Assembly (NCBI GenBank): GCA_003022505.1
Contig: PXTQ01000124.1
Location: forward strand, 1 to 39,717
Reading direction: 5' to 3'
DNA: 39,717 nucleotides
Source of the DNA: Bacteroidetes bacterium QS_8_64_10
Lineage (GTDB): Bacteria; Bacteroidota; Rhodothermia; Rhodothermales; Salinibacteraceae
In this document: piece after piece, positions 8,482-17,994 of the stretch
Position numbering within the stretch: position 1 is the stretch's first letter
Layout of the letters: every line of letters begins with the position of its first letter
Program-made: the position numbers and the translations under genes
Notes under the pieces: model-generated
Told to the model about the DNA's origin: nothing
Seen by the model: the letters and a program-made list of their open reading frames with translations, nothing else
Databases searched by the model: none

Positions 8482-9744
8482 ATGGATGATTTTCAGGCAC
8501 TCGCTATGGAAGTATCCTCTCCCGATTCCACTTCTTCGATGCAAAGCGACAACCGTACGGACCGCGAAGACCGCGCCGAAGAGACGCTGTGGACCGTGCT
8601 GGGCAGGCTGTACCGCTGGAAGTGGTTCATTGCGGGTGTCACGGCCGCCGTGGCCGTAGCCGCCGTCGTCATCAGCCTGATGCTGCCGGACTACTACCGC
8701 GCCTCCACGCGCGTGTTGCCGCCCGCCAACACCGGCGGGACCAGTATGTTGGGTTCACTCTCCGAAAGTTTGCCCAGCTCGGCGCAGTCGCTTTTGGGCG
8801 GCGAGACGGGAGAATACACGCGCCTGCTCGCCCTGCTGGACAGCCGCTCGATGTACGAGAGCGTTGTCGAGCGCTTTAATCTGGTGAAAGTCTACGAAAC
8901 GGATGATAGTACGACCCCTCTGGCAGATGCTGCCGAGACGCTCGCTGACAACGCCTCGTTTATGGTAGATGAGGAGTACAACTACATGTCAGTAAAAGTA
9001 ATGGACCGGGATCCGCAGCGAGCCGCCAAGATGGCGAACTTCTTCGTAGAGCGGCTGAATGAGATGAACGCGCGGCTTGCCTCGGAGAACGCGGGCAACT
9101 ACCGGCGTTTCGTGGAGCAGCGCTACCGCGAGACCGAGGCGCGATTCGACTCCGTCATGAATGCCACGACAGCCTTCCAGGAGAAGTACGGCGTGATGAA
9201 CCTGGAAGAACAGGCGTCCGCGTTTTTCGACAAGGCGGCGCAGCTCCGCTTCCGGGCGATTCAGGCGGAGATCAAATACGAACAGCTTCGCTCCAAGTAC
9301 GGCTCCGGCAACAGCCGCGTGCAGGCCGCCCGTCAGACCATGCAGACGGCCAACAACAAATACGAGCAGGCCATGGAGGGTCAGGAAAGAATGATGCCGG
9401 TGGCTCAGGAAGAATTGCCGGCAGCGGCGCGCCAGTATGCCGAACTCGAAAAAGAGCGCCGCATCCTGAAGAAGACTCTGGAATACATGCGTCCGCTCTT
9501 GGGGCAAGCTCGCTTCGACGAGCAGCGGCAGCGCCAGGCCGTGCAGGTCGTTGATAAGGCTACCCCGCCCACGCAAGACGCGTGGCCGCCGCGCGCCATC
9601 ATCTGCATCATGTCGACGCTTTCGGCCTTCATGCTGGCCGTGCTGTTCGTGCTCGTCTACGAGTGGTGGCGAGGTCATCACGGGTACTTCGCGCGGCGGC
9701 TTCAGGCGGCGGTGCGACGAGAGGATGAAAGGACGAGTGGATGA
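8482..9744 (+). CDS. Polysaccharide chain-length determinant (Wzz/PCP-like, no kinase domain)
   Basis: N-terminal WKWFIAGVTAAVAVAAVVISLMLPDYYRASTRVLPP (Wzz motif region), a long coiled-coil periplasmic segment, and a C-terminal TM (AIICIMSTLSAFMLAVLFVLVYEWW). The stop overlaps the next start (ATGA at 9741-9744). Confidence 0.75.
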   Translation: MDDFQALAMEVSSPDSTSSMQSDNRTDREDRAEETLWTVLGRLYRWKWFIAGVTAAVAVAAVVISLMLPDYYRASTRVLPPANTGGTSMLGSLSESLPSSAQSLLGGETGEYTRLLALLDSRSMYESVVERFNLVKVYETDDSTTPLADAAETLADNASFMVDEEYNYMSVKVMDRDPQRAAKMANFFVERLNEMNARLASENAGNYRRFVEQRYRETEARFDSVMNATTAFQEKYGVMNLEEQASAFFDKAAQLRFRAIQAEIKYEQLRSKYGSGNSRVQAARQTMQTANNKYEQAMEGQERMMPVAQEELPAAARQYAELEKERRILKKTLEYMRPLLGQARFDEQRQRQAVQVVDKATPPTQDAWPPRAIICIMSTLSAFMLAVLFVLVYEWWRGHHGYFARRLQAAVRREDERTSG

Positions 9745-11240
9745 AAGGAGGAGGGAAACGCCCAGACGCGCAACCCACCAACACGAAGCGCCCAAACGCG
9801 CAATCCGCAAACGCAGTGAACGGCAATCCCTTCACGTTTAAACTGACTCCCGCCGCGTTCTGGCGCTGGGGCCGCGTGGCGCTCGCCGGCGCGCTGGTGT
9901 TCATGTTGGCGCTGGTGCTCATGCTGGCGTGGAAGGCACCGATGGGACTGCTGGCGGTGCCGGTGTTGTTGCTGGCGGGCGTAGCGGTGTGGTGGCTGGT
10001 GCAACGCCCGCTCGTGCATCTGTGCGTGGTGCTGGGGGGAGGTGTTGCGTTCTTTGTCCAATCGAGCGGGGTGAGCGCACTTGAAGTGCTGTATGTCCTT
10101 TATCTGCTCGGCTACCTGGTGGGGTGGTTTGCCTACCACGGCCTGATCAGCGAAAAACGCATTCTTCGCACTCCCGCCGACAAAGCGCTCGTGCTTTTCA
10201 CTGCGTACGCCACGTTCACGCTGGGATTCAGCGTTCTCTACGGAGCTGACCCGGCATCGGCGATTCGCGTGTGGCTGCCGGTAACCATATGGGGAATGTA
10301 CTTTCCCATCAAAAAAGCGTGCCGACTCGACGGGACGAAGGCGATGAAAGCGCTTCTCGCCACTTTTGCGCTGCTAGCGTTCGTGGTAGCCGTGCGCAAC
10401 TTTCACATGTACTACAAGGGGCTGCAAAATGCTGAAATTATGGGAGAGATTATCATGGGCCGGGCGAAAACGAACGAACGCGCCCTGACGCTGGGCACGC
10501 TGGGCAGCCTGGTTTATCTCCTGCATGCTCGCAGAGTCGTAAGCGGGATTTTGTTCGGGGCTATGTTCGCGTTCTTTGTCGCGGGGGTAGTTGTCACCCG
10601 GTCGCGCAGCATCTGGCTGGCCGCGTTACTGGGCATGGCTGTTGTCTTCGTGCTGGTAAACAGAAGAATGAAAGCAAGGATGCTCTTAGCAGTCGTGGGA
10701 GGAAGCATTGTCGTACTTGTGGCGGGGGAGGTGGCGCTGGATAATTTTTTCGGTCTCGTTTTCGATAAGATAACCAGCCGTTTTCTCGGCATAGGAGAAG
10801 CGCTTACGTCCGACCTCTCTATGATTAACCGCTTTTACGAGTGGCAGTCCGTCTGGGAGTACATCAAGGTCAATCCCTTACTGGGATATGGACCCGGCGT
10901 GGAGTTCGAACACTTTAATCTCATTCTCAACGCGACGCAGGTCAAAACGCAGATCCACAACGGCTACCTTCAGATGTGGTACCAGTATGGGCTTGTGGGT
11001 CTGGGGCTTTTGCTTTTTACTTTCGTATATAACTTTCGGCAAGGCCTCCGGCTGCTGAGGCAAACCGCGACCGCCCGGACGACGCGGCTGGTGAGTCTGT
11101 TCGGAGCGGCCTCGCTTCTCGCTCTTGCCCTCGCTTCCACCACCGAGAGCATGCGTTACGACGACACTATCGTCGAGTTGTGCTTTCCGCTGGCGCTTCT
11201 GGCCGGGGCGTGGCAGCATCACTACCATCGGCCTGGTTGA
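9741..11240 (+). CDS. O-antigen polymerase / O-antigen ligase-family membrane protein (Wzy-like)
   Basis: About 10-12 TM helices. A Wzy_C-type core (TRSRSIWLAALLGMAVVF ... IHNGYLQMWYQYGLVGLGLLLF). About 50% GC. Confidence 0.75.
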   Translation: MKGGGKRPDAQPTNTKRPNAQSANAVNGNPFTFKLTPAAFWRWGRVALAGALVFMLALVLMLAWKAPMGLLAVPVLLLAGVAVWWLVQRPLVHLCVVLGGGVAFFVQSSGVSALEVLYVLYLLGYLVGWFAYHGLISEKRILRTPADKALVLFTAYATFTLGFSVLYGADPASAIRVWLPVTIWGMYFPIKKACRLDGTKAMKALLATFALLAFVVAVRNFHMYYKGLQNAEIMGEIIMGRAKTNERALTLGTLGSLVYLLHARRVVSGILFGAMFAFFVAGVVVTRSRSIWLAALLGMAVVFVLVNRRMKARMLLAVVGGSIVVLVAGEVALDNFFGLVFDKITSRFLGIGEALTSDLSMINRFYEWQSVWEYIKVNPLLGYGPGVEFEHFNLILNATQVKTQIHNGYLQMWYQYGLVGLGLLLFTFVYNFRQGLRLLRQTATARTTRLVSLFGAASLLALALASTTESMRYDDTIVELCFPLALLAGAWQHHYHRPG

Positions 11241-11244
11241 TTGA

Positions 11245-12546
11245 TTGGAGCAATTCTTGAAGCAGCAAGCGAAAAGAGCCATTGCGTCGTTGACTGACTA
11301 TCGCGACGTCTGGCGCAACGTTACGTGGCTGAGCGGGGTGAGCCTCGCCGTCAAGCCGTTCTGGTTTGCCTTCATCACCGTGGCCTGTGTGCGCGTGCTG
11401 GGTAAGGAAGGCTACGGGATGCTGGAAACTGCGCTCTCGCTCACGGCCATGACATTTTCGGTGACGGGCTTCGGGGTTGGCAGCTATACGGTACGTGAAG
11501 TCGCGGATGATCACAGCCGCTCCGCTCAGTTTTTTACGAACTTCGCAGCACTACGACTGGGCCTGACTGTCGTTGCCCTCGGCGCTGCTGTACTGACAGC
11601 GTACGTGCTGGGATATACCCCTGTGCTGTTCGCAACCGTCCTTGCCGCGTGCGGGTATCAAGCTGCGCATAGTTTCATGCAGTACGCCCGTAAGTACTTT
11701 CGCGCCTTCGAAGTACTGAAATATGAGGCTGTCTCCGTAGCAGTCGAAAAGGGACTGGTGATTGCCGGCGGCAGTGTTACGCTTCTCGCCACGCAAGCCC
11801 CGCACTGGACGCTCGTAGGCATGACTACCGGCATGGTAGCCGTCGCAGGCGGCACGGTGCTCTGGGTGGTGCGTCATCTCGCGCCCGTGCGACGTGATCT
11901 GCTGGACGCCTCCTTCATAAAACACTCCCTCTGGAAAGTCGCACCGTTCGGGCTGGCCGGTCTCTTCGGGGTACTCTTCTTCCGCATTGATACGGTGATG
12001 GTGCAAGCCCTGTTGGGCGATGCGGCCGCTGGACAGTATGGGTTGGCTTTTCGCATCGTAGCGGCGCTCAACATGCTGCCGCTCATCGTAGCGCGCGCAG
12101 CCGCTTTTCCGCGCCTCTCCTCATTGTACGGACAGGGAGAAATTGCAGATTTCCGACGCCTCGTGCGCTTTTCCGCGTGGGGACTGACGGGGGCCAGTCT
12201 GTTCATTACGGTTGGCATTACACTCACCGCCCCATTTATTATTGATCTCATGACGTCCGATCCCGGCTACGGACCGGCTAAGTCTGCCTTACGTATTTTG
12301 TGCTGGGTGTTCGCGCTCACCTGCGTGCGTAACATGCTCTACGTGGCGCTTCTGTCGATGAATGAGCAGCGTTTCGTAGCCGGTATTCTCGGCGGTGCTG
12401 TACTCTTTAACGTGGGGCTTAACGCTGTGCTTATACCAACGGTAGGTATCCTCGGAGCGGTGGCAGCTACTATCGCTTCGGAGGCCACGCTGCTCGGTGT
12501 CTATGCCGTACGCTATCGCCAACGTGTGAACGCAGTAGGCGGCTGA
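11245..12546 (+). CDS. Oligosaccharide flippase (MOP/Wzx family)
   Basis: 433 aa with about 12 TM helices and polysaccharide-biosynthesis-protein layout (..VRVLGKEGYGMLETALSL.., ..LLGDAAAGQYGLAFRIV..). The start in the track is a TTG at 11245, so the exact start is uncertain. Confidence 0.7.
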   Translation: MEQFLKQQAKRAIASLTDYRDVWRNVTWLSGVSLAVKPFWFAFITVACVRVLGKEGYGMLETALSLTAMTFSVTGFGVGSYTVREVADDHSRSAQFFTNFAALRLGLTVVALGAAVLTAYVLGYTPVLFATVLAACGYQAAHSFMQYARKYFRAFEVLKYEAVSVAVEKGLVIAGGSVTLLATQAPHWTLVGMTTGMVAVAGGTVLWVVRHLAPVRRDLLDASFIKHSLWKVAPFGLAGLFGVLFFRIDTVMVQALLGDAAAGQYGLAFRIVAALNMLPLIVARAAAFPRLSSLYGQGEIADFRRLVRFSAWGLTGASLFITVGITLTAPFIIDLMTSDPGYGPAKSALRILCWVFALTCVRNMLYVALLSMNEQRFVAGILGGAVLFNVGLNAVLIPTVGILGAVAATIASEATLLGVYAVRYRQRVNAVGG

Positions 12547-12568
12547 CAGGCGATCCACTCGCTGAGAA

Positions 12569-12592
12569 GAACGCGCGTACGTTCGCTTTTTT
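12569..12592 (+). terminator. Weak candidate intrinsic terminator after the flippase gene
   Basis: gaacg-cgcgta-cgttc stem-loop (12569-12584) followed by gcTTTTTT (12585-12592). The stem is only 5 bp. Confidence 0.3.
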
Positions 12593-12879
12593 AGACGTCA
12601 TACCTCTTTTTTTAATGAACACCCGTACCAAACATCTCATTCGTCAGGTTATCGATCTTTTGCCGGAAAGAGTGCGGCGTCGCATGCAATGGACGGGTGA
12701 AATCGTCGGGGCAGACGGATCTTCTTTTTATCAACGCCCGGTCGAGGTTTGCCCTCAGGCTGTTCTACGACCACGCAGATTGGTGCGACCAGCACGGTTT
12801 AGATCATGAGAAAGACATGTTGACCGGAGAGACCTGGAAGCCGATTGATCAATGAGAAGTAAACCTACAAAACCGTGCT

Positions 12880-14181
12880 ATGCGCATCCTCACCATCACC
12901 AAAGACTTAGCGTCGGGCGGCCAACAACGCACGGCGCAAAACTTCGTGCTGGGCTATCAGGAGCGCGGGCACGAGAACGCCGTCTTTAGCGTGCTGGCGG
13001 GCGGGCCTCGGGCAGAGGTGCTTCGAGAGGCCGGCGTGCCGATCTTTACGGGGAGCAACACACCGGAAGACAGAGAGGCAACCGCCCGGCAGGCTGCCCA
13101 CTGGCAGCCCGATGTGATTCACCTGCACAGCAAAGGCGCGATGATGCCTGCTATGGCACAGGCATTGCAGGCGCTTCAGTCGGCGCTGCCCGAACCTCGT
13201 CCCGTCATCGAGTCCAACTCCTTCGGGCGGCCCGATTACCAGCACGAGTGTCGGCTCGTAGACGTGCACATGCTCAAGTCACGCTGGATGCTCTGGAAGT
13301 GGCGCAAGTGGACGCAACACCTTCAGCCGCGTCCTATCGGCACAGTAATTCCGAACACGGTCGATACGGATAGCTTCTACCCTGCGCCGCAAGAAGAGCA
13401 GCGTGCCTTCCGCAACGAGCACGACGTGCCGCCGGAGGCTTTCGTCTTCGGATGCGTGGCGCGGCCCTCCGACCTCAAGTGGCCGCCTATCTTGTTTCAG
13501 GCTTTTGCGCGGGTAGCCGCCGAGCGACCAGACGTTTACTTGATGGCCGCCGGCCTGACGAGCCGCGCTCGTGACCGCGTGGGCAAGATGAAGCCGCAAG
13601 CTCGCAGGCGCATCGTGGAGCTACCGTTTATGGAGAGCGACAAGGTGCTACGCACTTGCTACAGCTCGATGGACGTCTTTCTGCACGCCTGCACGGCTGG
13701 TGAAAGCTTTGGGATGATTTTCGTAGAGTCAATGGCGTGCAAGACTCCAATCATCACGCTCAACACACCGGCCAAAAATAACAGTCAGTTGGAAGTGGTT
13801 GGGCACGAGCGAGGCGGTCTTATTGCCAATGACCGTCGGAGCATGATCGAGGCCATGCAGCGCCTGATGGACGATGCCCCCTTAAGGCGGCAGCTCGCCG
13901 AGGACGGAGCAGAGCACGTGCGCAGCACCTACACGCTGGAGCAAGTGATGCCGCGCTTGCTCCACCTTGCGAAGATCGCTGACCGGGCCGACACGCGGGA
14001 GGACCTCGAAGAGGCGCTGCTTGAAAATACGGCGTTCCCGACCGAAGTTTCTGACAAGGATGTCAACCACCTTCTTGCCAACACGCTGGGCCGGGTTTCT
14101 CTCACGCAGCGTGCGCTCATGCGGCTGGTGCACAGGCCGCGGCTGTACCGATTGTGGCACCGACTACGCTTTGGCTATTGA
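12880..14181 (+). CDS. Glycosyltransferase family 4 (GT-B, Glycos_transf_1) with ~70-aa C-terminal extension
   Basis: MRILTITKDLASGGQQRTAQ... N-terminus and an EX7E-type region ESFGMIFVESMACKTPII. Confidence 0.8.
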   Translation: MRILTITKDLASGGQQRTAQNFVLGYQERGHENAVFSVLAGGPRAEVLREAGVPIFTGSNTPEDREATARQAAHWQPDVIHLHSKGAMMPAMAQALQALQSALPEPRPVIESNSFGRPDYQHECRLVDVHMLKSRWMLWKWRKWTQHLQPRPIGTVIPNTVDTDSFYPAPQEEQRAFRNEHDVPPEAFVFGCVARPSDLKWPPILFQAFARVAAERPDVYLMAAGLTSRARDRVGKMKPQARRRIVELPFMESDKVLRTCYSSMDVFLHACTAGESFGMIFVESMACKTPIITLNTPAKNNSQLEVVGHERGGLIANDRRSMIEAMQRLMDDAPLRRQLAEDGAEHVRSTYTLEQVMPRLLHLAKIADRADTREDLEEALLENTAFPTEVSDKDVNHLLANTLGRVSLTQRALMRLVHRPRLYRLWHRLRFGY

Positions 14182-14202
14182 AAAACTCATCGCACCTGTC
14201 TT

Positions 14203-15153
14203 ATGGCACTGCCCATCATCTTCATCCATCAAGGCTATAACTGGTATCTCAATTTCTCGCTTCGACAAGCACAGGCCTCAAATCCAGAAGCGGACATTAT
14301 CCTGATCGGCGATCACACGAACGATAAGTTTGATTTTGTGCGCCACGTCGACATGGCCGACTATGACGACGAAGCCAAAGACTTTGCTGATGTATATGAG
14401 CACCTTACCACCAACCGATACAGACGCGCGCTTGTCTGGTCGCAGCGATGGTTTATCATGAAAGCCGTTTTGGAACAGTTCGGTATCGAAAAAGCGTTTG
14501 TAGCCGATTCGGATGTTTTGATCTACTCCGAACTGGCCCAGATTGAAGATAGCTGGTTTAAAAAATGCTCGCTGGGGCTTGTCATCCCGGAGCATCAGGA
14601 AAACTATCGTTGGAACGCCTCCCCTGAAGTTTCCTACTGGACCCAAGAGAGCTTGTCGAATTTCTGCACGTTCCTTATGAACTCGTACACACGTCCAGAG
14701 TTGAAGGCAAAGTACAAAGAAAAGTGGCGGTACCATCAAGAAAGCGGTAAGCCGGGTGGCGTCTGCGATATGACTTCGCTCTATTTGTTTGCCCAGGATC
14801 AGTTTCCCGAACCGGTGGCGAACCTAACGGAGGTGCGCGAAGGCGCCACTTTCGATTGCCGCATCAACCGCGCGGAAAACCGATTTAAGAACGAGTATCA
14901 GATGCAGGGCAACGAAAAGAAGATTGACTGGAAGGGTGGCGCGCCGTACGGCCAAAATGTTCGCCTCGGACAAAAAGTGCGTTTTCATACCTTGCACTTT
15001 CAGGGCCACGCCAAACATCTCATGCCCAGCTTTTACCGGGGGCCGGCCTTCGCAGGCATGAAACGCGCGCACCTGTGGCTGCGAGCGAAAGCAGGCGCTA
15101 AAAATATACTCTCCGGCGCTCGACGCGCTGTATGGAACGTCTTCCGGAGATGA
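14203..15153 (+). CDS. Hypothetical protein, possible GT-A-like glycosyltransferase (DxD-like ADSDV)
   Basis: 316-aa ORF with normal composition and about 45% GC. The N-terminal beta-alpha pattern (LPIIFIHQGYNWYLNFSLRQA..., ILIGD) and FVADSDVLIY resemble small DXD glycosyltransferases. No family was recognised with certainty. Confidence 0.55.
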   Translation: MALPIIFIHQGYNWYLNFSLRQAQASNPEADIILIGDHTNDKFDFVRHVDMADYDDEAKDFADVYEHLTTNRYRRALVWSQRWFIMKAVLEQFGIEKAFVADSDVLIYSELAQIEDSWFKKCSLGLVIPEHQENYRWNASPEVSYWTQESLSNFCTFLMNSYTRPELKAKYKEKWRYHQESGKPGGVCDMTSLYLFAQDQFPEPVANLTEVREGATFDCRINRAENRFKNEYQMQGNEKKIDWKGGAPYGQNVRLGQKVRFHTLHFQGHAKHLMPSFYRGPAFAGMKRAHLWLRAKAGAKNILSGARRAVWNVFRR

Positions 15154-15156
15154 CCC

Positions 15157-15609
15157 ATGACGACGCAAAAGCACGTTCGGGCTACAAAGCTACTGGTGCT
15201 CGCGGGTATTGTACTCAGCTGCGCCAGCTTTCCAATGGAGCACCTCGGCTTTGATCAGCCCTACCCGTTTTTCCACTGGCACCTCTTTGCCGAGCCAGCG
15301 GGCTGGGACGGCGCGCGCATATATCGCCTTTACTGGCAAGATCAGGCCGGCGCGTGGCACCGCCGCTCGCCAGCGGCACGCCCCAACTACACGAAGAAAG
15401 ACCAATCTTACCTGCTCAAGTCGCTGGTAAAGGCAACCACACGAGACACGCCTCACACGGAGCGCGAACGACATCGTCTGCGCACCTTCGCCCGCGAAAT
15501 CGTGCCGCGCGCCCAGGCTTACCGGGTCGTAGCCGAAACCTTTCAGCCGCTCATGCTCCTCCAAGACACCATGCGTTATGATACGACGACTGTGGTCCAC
15601 CTTGAATAG
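15157..15609 (+). CDS. Hypothetical small exported or membrane-anchored protein (possible lipoprotein)
   Basis: 150 aa starting 3 nt after the previous stop. N-terminal KLLVLAGIVLSC resembles a signal peptide with a lipobox-like VLSC. No recognisable domain. Confidence 0.5.
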   Translation: MTTQKHVRATKLLVLAGIVLSCASFPMEHLGFDQPYPFFHWHLFAEPAGWDGARIYRLYWQDQAGAWHRRSPAARPNYTKKDQSYLLKSLVKATTRDTPHTERERHRLRTFAREIVPRAQAYRVVAETFQPLMLLQDTMRYDTTTVVHLE

Positions 15610-16759
15610 CAAACGGCTTGCGGCCCTGCTGCGCGGCGAGCCAGCGGATGAGCGCGTGCGCCGCAGCGCAACGGGATGCCGCAACCGAAACCTGCGCGTC
15701 GCCTGGTCGGGCTACGTTGCCGACCGGGGACTGCTCGTGCTTACAGTGCTGTGGCTCGGATGGCGTCTCAAGCGACATGCCATGATTGCCGCACGCCCGG
15801 ACGTGCTCTACGAACCTGGCGTGGGGCTGGCGCGTCTCGTCTTTCCGTCTTTCCCGTCCGCTCCCGTCTACTACGGGCTGTTCGCGCTAACTGCCGTGGC
15901 GCTTCTCGTCTGTTTTCTGCGCCCTCGTCTCGTGGCCGCTCGCGCCGTGCTGGCCGTCGGCGTTGTACTGATTATTCTGCCGGAATTCGGCTACGGGAAG
16001 GTCGAGCACATTAATCACTTATTTCTGGCGGCCCACGTCTACGCCGTCTTCTTGCCGGTGCGTCGTCCCGCTCGCAGCAACAGCGACCTCGCAGCGCAAG
16101 CCGAGGCTACGCACTGGTACCAGGCGGGCCTGCTGTTTATCTACACCATGGCGGGGTTGTGGAAGTTCTTCGATCTGACGATCCGCTACGCCGTCAAAGG
16201 CGGCATGACGTGGCTGAATCCTGATGCGATGGTCATCACATCCATAACGAGCCTGCGCGGTTACGACTTTCCGCTAATCATCCCGCGATACGTGGCCGCA
16301 ATCAAAGAGGTTATTCCCCTCGGATATGTCATGCTGGCGTTTCTGTTTGCAGCCGCGTTCCTCGCAGCCTTCCGACGTCCCTACTTGCTCATCGTACTGC
16401 CAGCGATTGCAGCGTTCCACCTGATGAACATCGTCGTGCTCTACGTGCTGTTTGCCTCCACTATCGCCGTAGCTCTCGTTTTGTTCTTGCCATACGACCG
16501 ATTCGTGCCCGCCATCCAGCGACAACTGGATCCCTTTCGTCACACACGCTTCCGCGGGCGTGGCGCACAGGCGCAATACCGGCGGCGCTACGCCAACGGC
16601 GACGAAGACGTGTTTCGCGGATTTTACGCTTACCGCGAGCACCTGCGGGATCGCTCCTGGCTCATGGCCGCGCCGCTGTACTATCCGGGCCTCGCGTGGA
16701 TCACCACTCGGGTGCTTCGACGGTGGGATTTCGCTCGTGCCCCTGCCGCCTCCGAGTGA
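15578..16759 (+). CDS. Hypothetical polytopic membrane protein (8 or more TM; weak HTTM/SdpB-like impression)
   Basis: Multiple hydrophobic helices (VYYGLFALTAVALLVCFL, AVLAVGVVLIILPEF, WYQAGLLFIYTMAGLWKFF, VIPLGYVMLAFLFAAAFLAAF, LLIVLPAIAAFHLMNIVVLYVLF) and a basic ~80-aa C-terminal tail. The start is uncertain: 15578 overlaps the previous gene by 32 nt, and an alternative ATG lies at 15782. Confidence 0.55.
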   Translation: MIRRLWSTLNSKRLAALLRGEPADERVRRSATGCRNRNLRVAWSGYVADRGLLVLTVLWLGWRLKRHAMIAARPDVLYEPGVGLARLVFPSFPSAPVYYGLFALTAVALLVCFLRPRLVAARAVLAVGVVLIILPEFGYGKVEHINHLFLAAHVYAVFLPVRRPARSNSDLAAQAEATHWYQAGLLFIYTMAGLWKFFDLTIRYAVKGGMTWLNPDAMVITSITSLRGYDFPLIIPRYVAAIKEVIPLGYVMLAFLFAAAFLAAFRRPYLLIVLPAIAAFHLMNIVVLYVLFASTIAVALVLFLPYDRFVPAIQRQLDPFRHTRFRGRGAQAQYRRRYANGDEDVFRGFYAYREHLRDRSWLMAAPLYYPGLAWITTRVLRRWDFARAPAASE

Positions 16760-16785
16760 ACACGCCCGCCGCACCAAGTAACAAT

Positions 16786-17985
16786 GTGCGGTTGTTGTTT
16801 TATTGCCTGCGCTACCTGATGCCTGACGAGCACCCTGTTTTCTTTTTCCCGCGCGTGCTGCCGCTCAACTATCGCGTGGCCGTGTTGGAGCGCCTCAACG
16901 AACGCCTCAACGACCGCCTCGTCGTTTGTTCAGGCCGTCCGCCGGGCGGCTCCTCCCTCGAAAGTATTATCGGCGAGGAGGAGTACGCTTACCGGCAGGT
17001 GGAGTTGCCCAACTACTGGCTAAACGGAGAGACGGTACACGCCCAGCCGTTCGGACGTGCTTTTCGGTGCCACGGCACGCCGAGCGTCGTCATGATCGAG
17101 GAATCGCCGCGCACGCTCACGCAACCGTTTCTGCTTGCTTATGCGAAATGGAAAGGCGCAGGGCGCGTGTTGTGGGGACACTTTTCATCGAACAACCGCC
17201 CTTTTCGTCCCAATCAGCACTGGCAGGACCGCTACCGGCTCTGGACGGCGCACCGGGCCGAGGCCTGCGTCTGCTACACCGACGCGATGGCTGAGCTGCT
17301 ACGTCCTCATTTACCCAAAGAGCGCCTCTTCGTGGCGCGCAACACACTGGACACTGACACGCTTTTTGCGCTCTACGACAGCCTCAACGCCGAAGGCCGA
17401 GTTGCCGTGCGCCGCCGCCTGAACCTGCCGCCGAACGCCCCTGTGCTTACGTTTATCGGGCGGCTCATCCCGGAGAAAGGGACAGACGTACTCCTGAACG
17501 TGTTTGATCGTCTCCGGGCCGAACGGCCAATGACGCTTCAAGTGATCGGCGACGGCCCGGCGCGGCAAGAAATGGAGCGTCGCGTAGCACACGATGGAAT
17601 CAACGACGTGCGCTTTCTGGGAGCAATACGCGAGTGGGACGAGTCTGCGCCCTACTTGTACGCTTCAGACGTGATGCTGCAACCTGGCTACCTGGGCCTG
17701 AGCGTCAACCACGCCTTCTCGTTTGGCGTGCCCGTCGTTTCGCAGGCTGCGCCTGCATCCGGCGAGCGCTACCACAGCCCGGAGGCCCACTTCGTAGAAC
17801 ACGGCAAGAACGGAATGCTGGCCAAACACGGGAGTCTCGATTCGCTAACGTATGCTGTGCGGCGCGTGCTCACCGAGCAGGATCGATTCTCCGAGCACGC
17901 GCGCCGCTACGCCCGGAATCATCTGACCATCGGTCGCATGGTGGATGGGCTGGAGGCTTCCGTGCGACGCGCCGAGCGTTGCTGA
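16786..17985 (+). CDS. Glycosyltransferase family 4 (GT-B)
   Basis: FIGRLIPEKGTDVLLNVFDRL and the EX7E-like EAHFVEHGKNGML. A GTG at 16786, just after the upstream stop, is taken as the start; the ORF is open from 16696 and an ATG lies at 16819. Confidence 0.8.
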   Translation: MRLLFYCLRYLMPDEHPVFFFPRVLPLNYRVAVLERLNERLNDRLVVCSGRPPGGSSLESIIGEEEYAYRQVELPNYWLNGETVHAQPFGRAFRCHGTPSVVMIEESPRTLTQPFLLAYAKWKGAGRVLWGHFSSNNRPFRPNQHWQDRYRLWTAHRAEACVCYTDAMAELLRPHLPKERLFVARNTLDTDTLFALYDSLNAEGRVAVRRRLNLPPNAPVLTFIGRLIPEKGTDVLLNVFDRLRAERPMTLQVIGDGPARQEMERRVAHDGINDVRFLGAIREWDESAPYLYASDVMLQPGYLGLSVNHAFSFGVPVVSQAAPASGERYHSPEAHFVEHGKNGMLAKHGSLDSLTYAVRRVLTEQDRFSEHARRYARNHLTIGRMVDGLEASVRRAERC

Positions 17986-17994
17986 ATGCGATTA

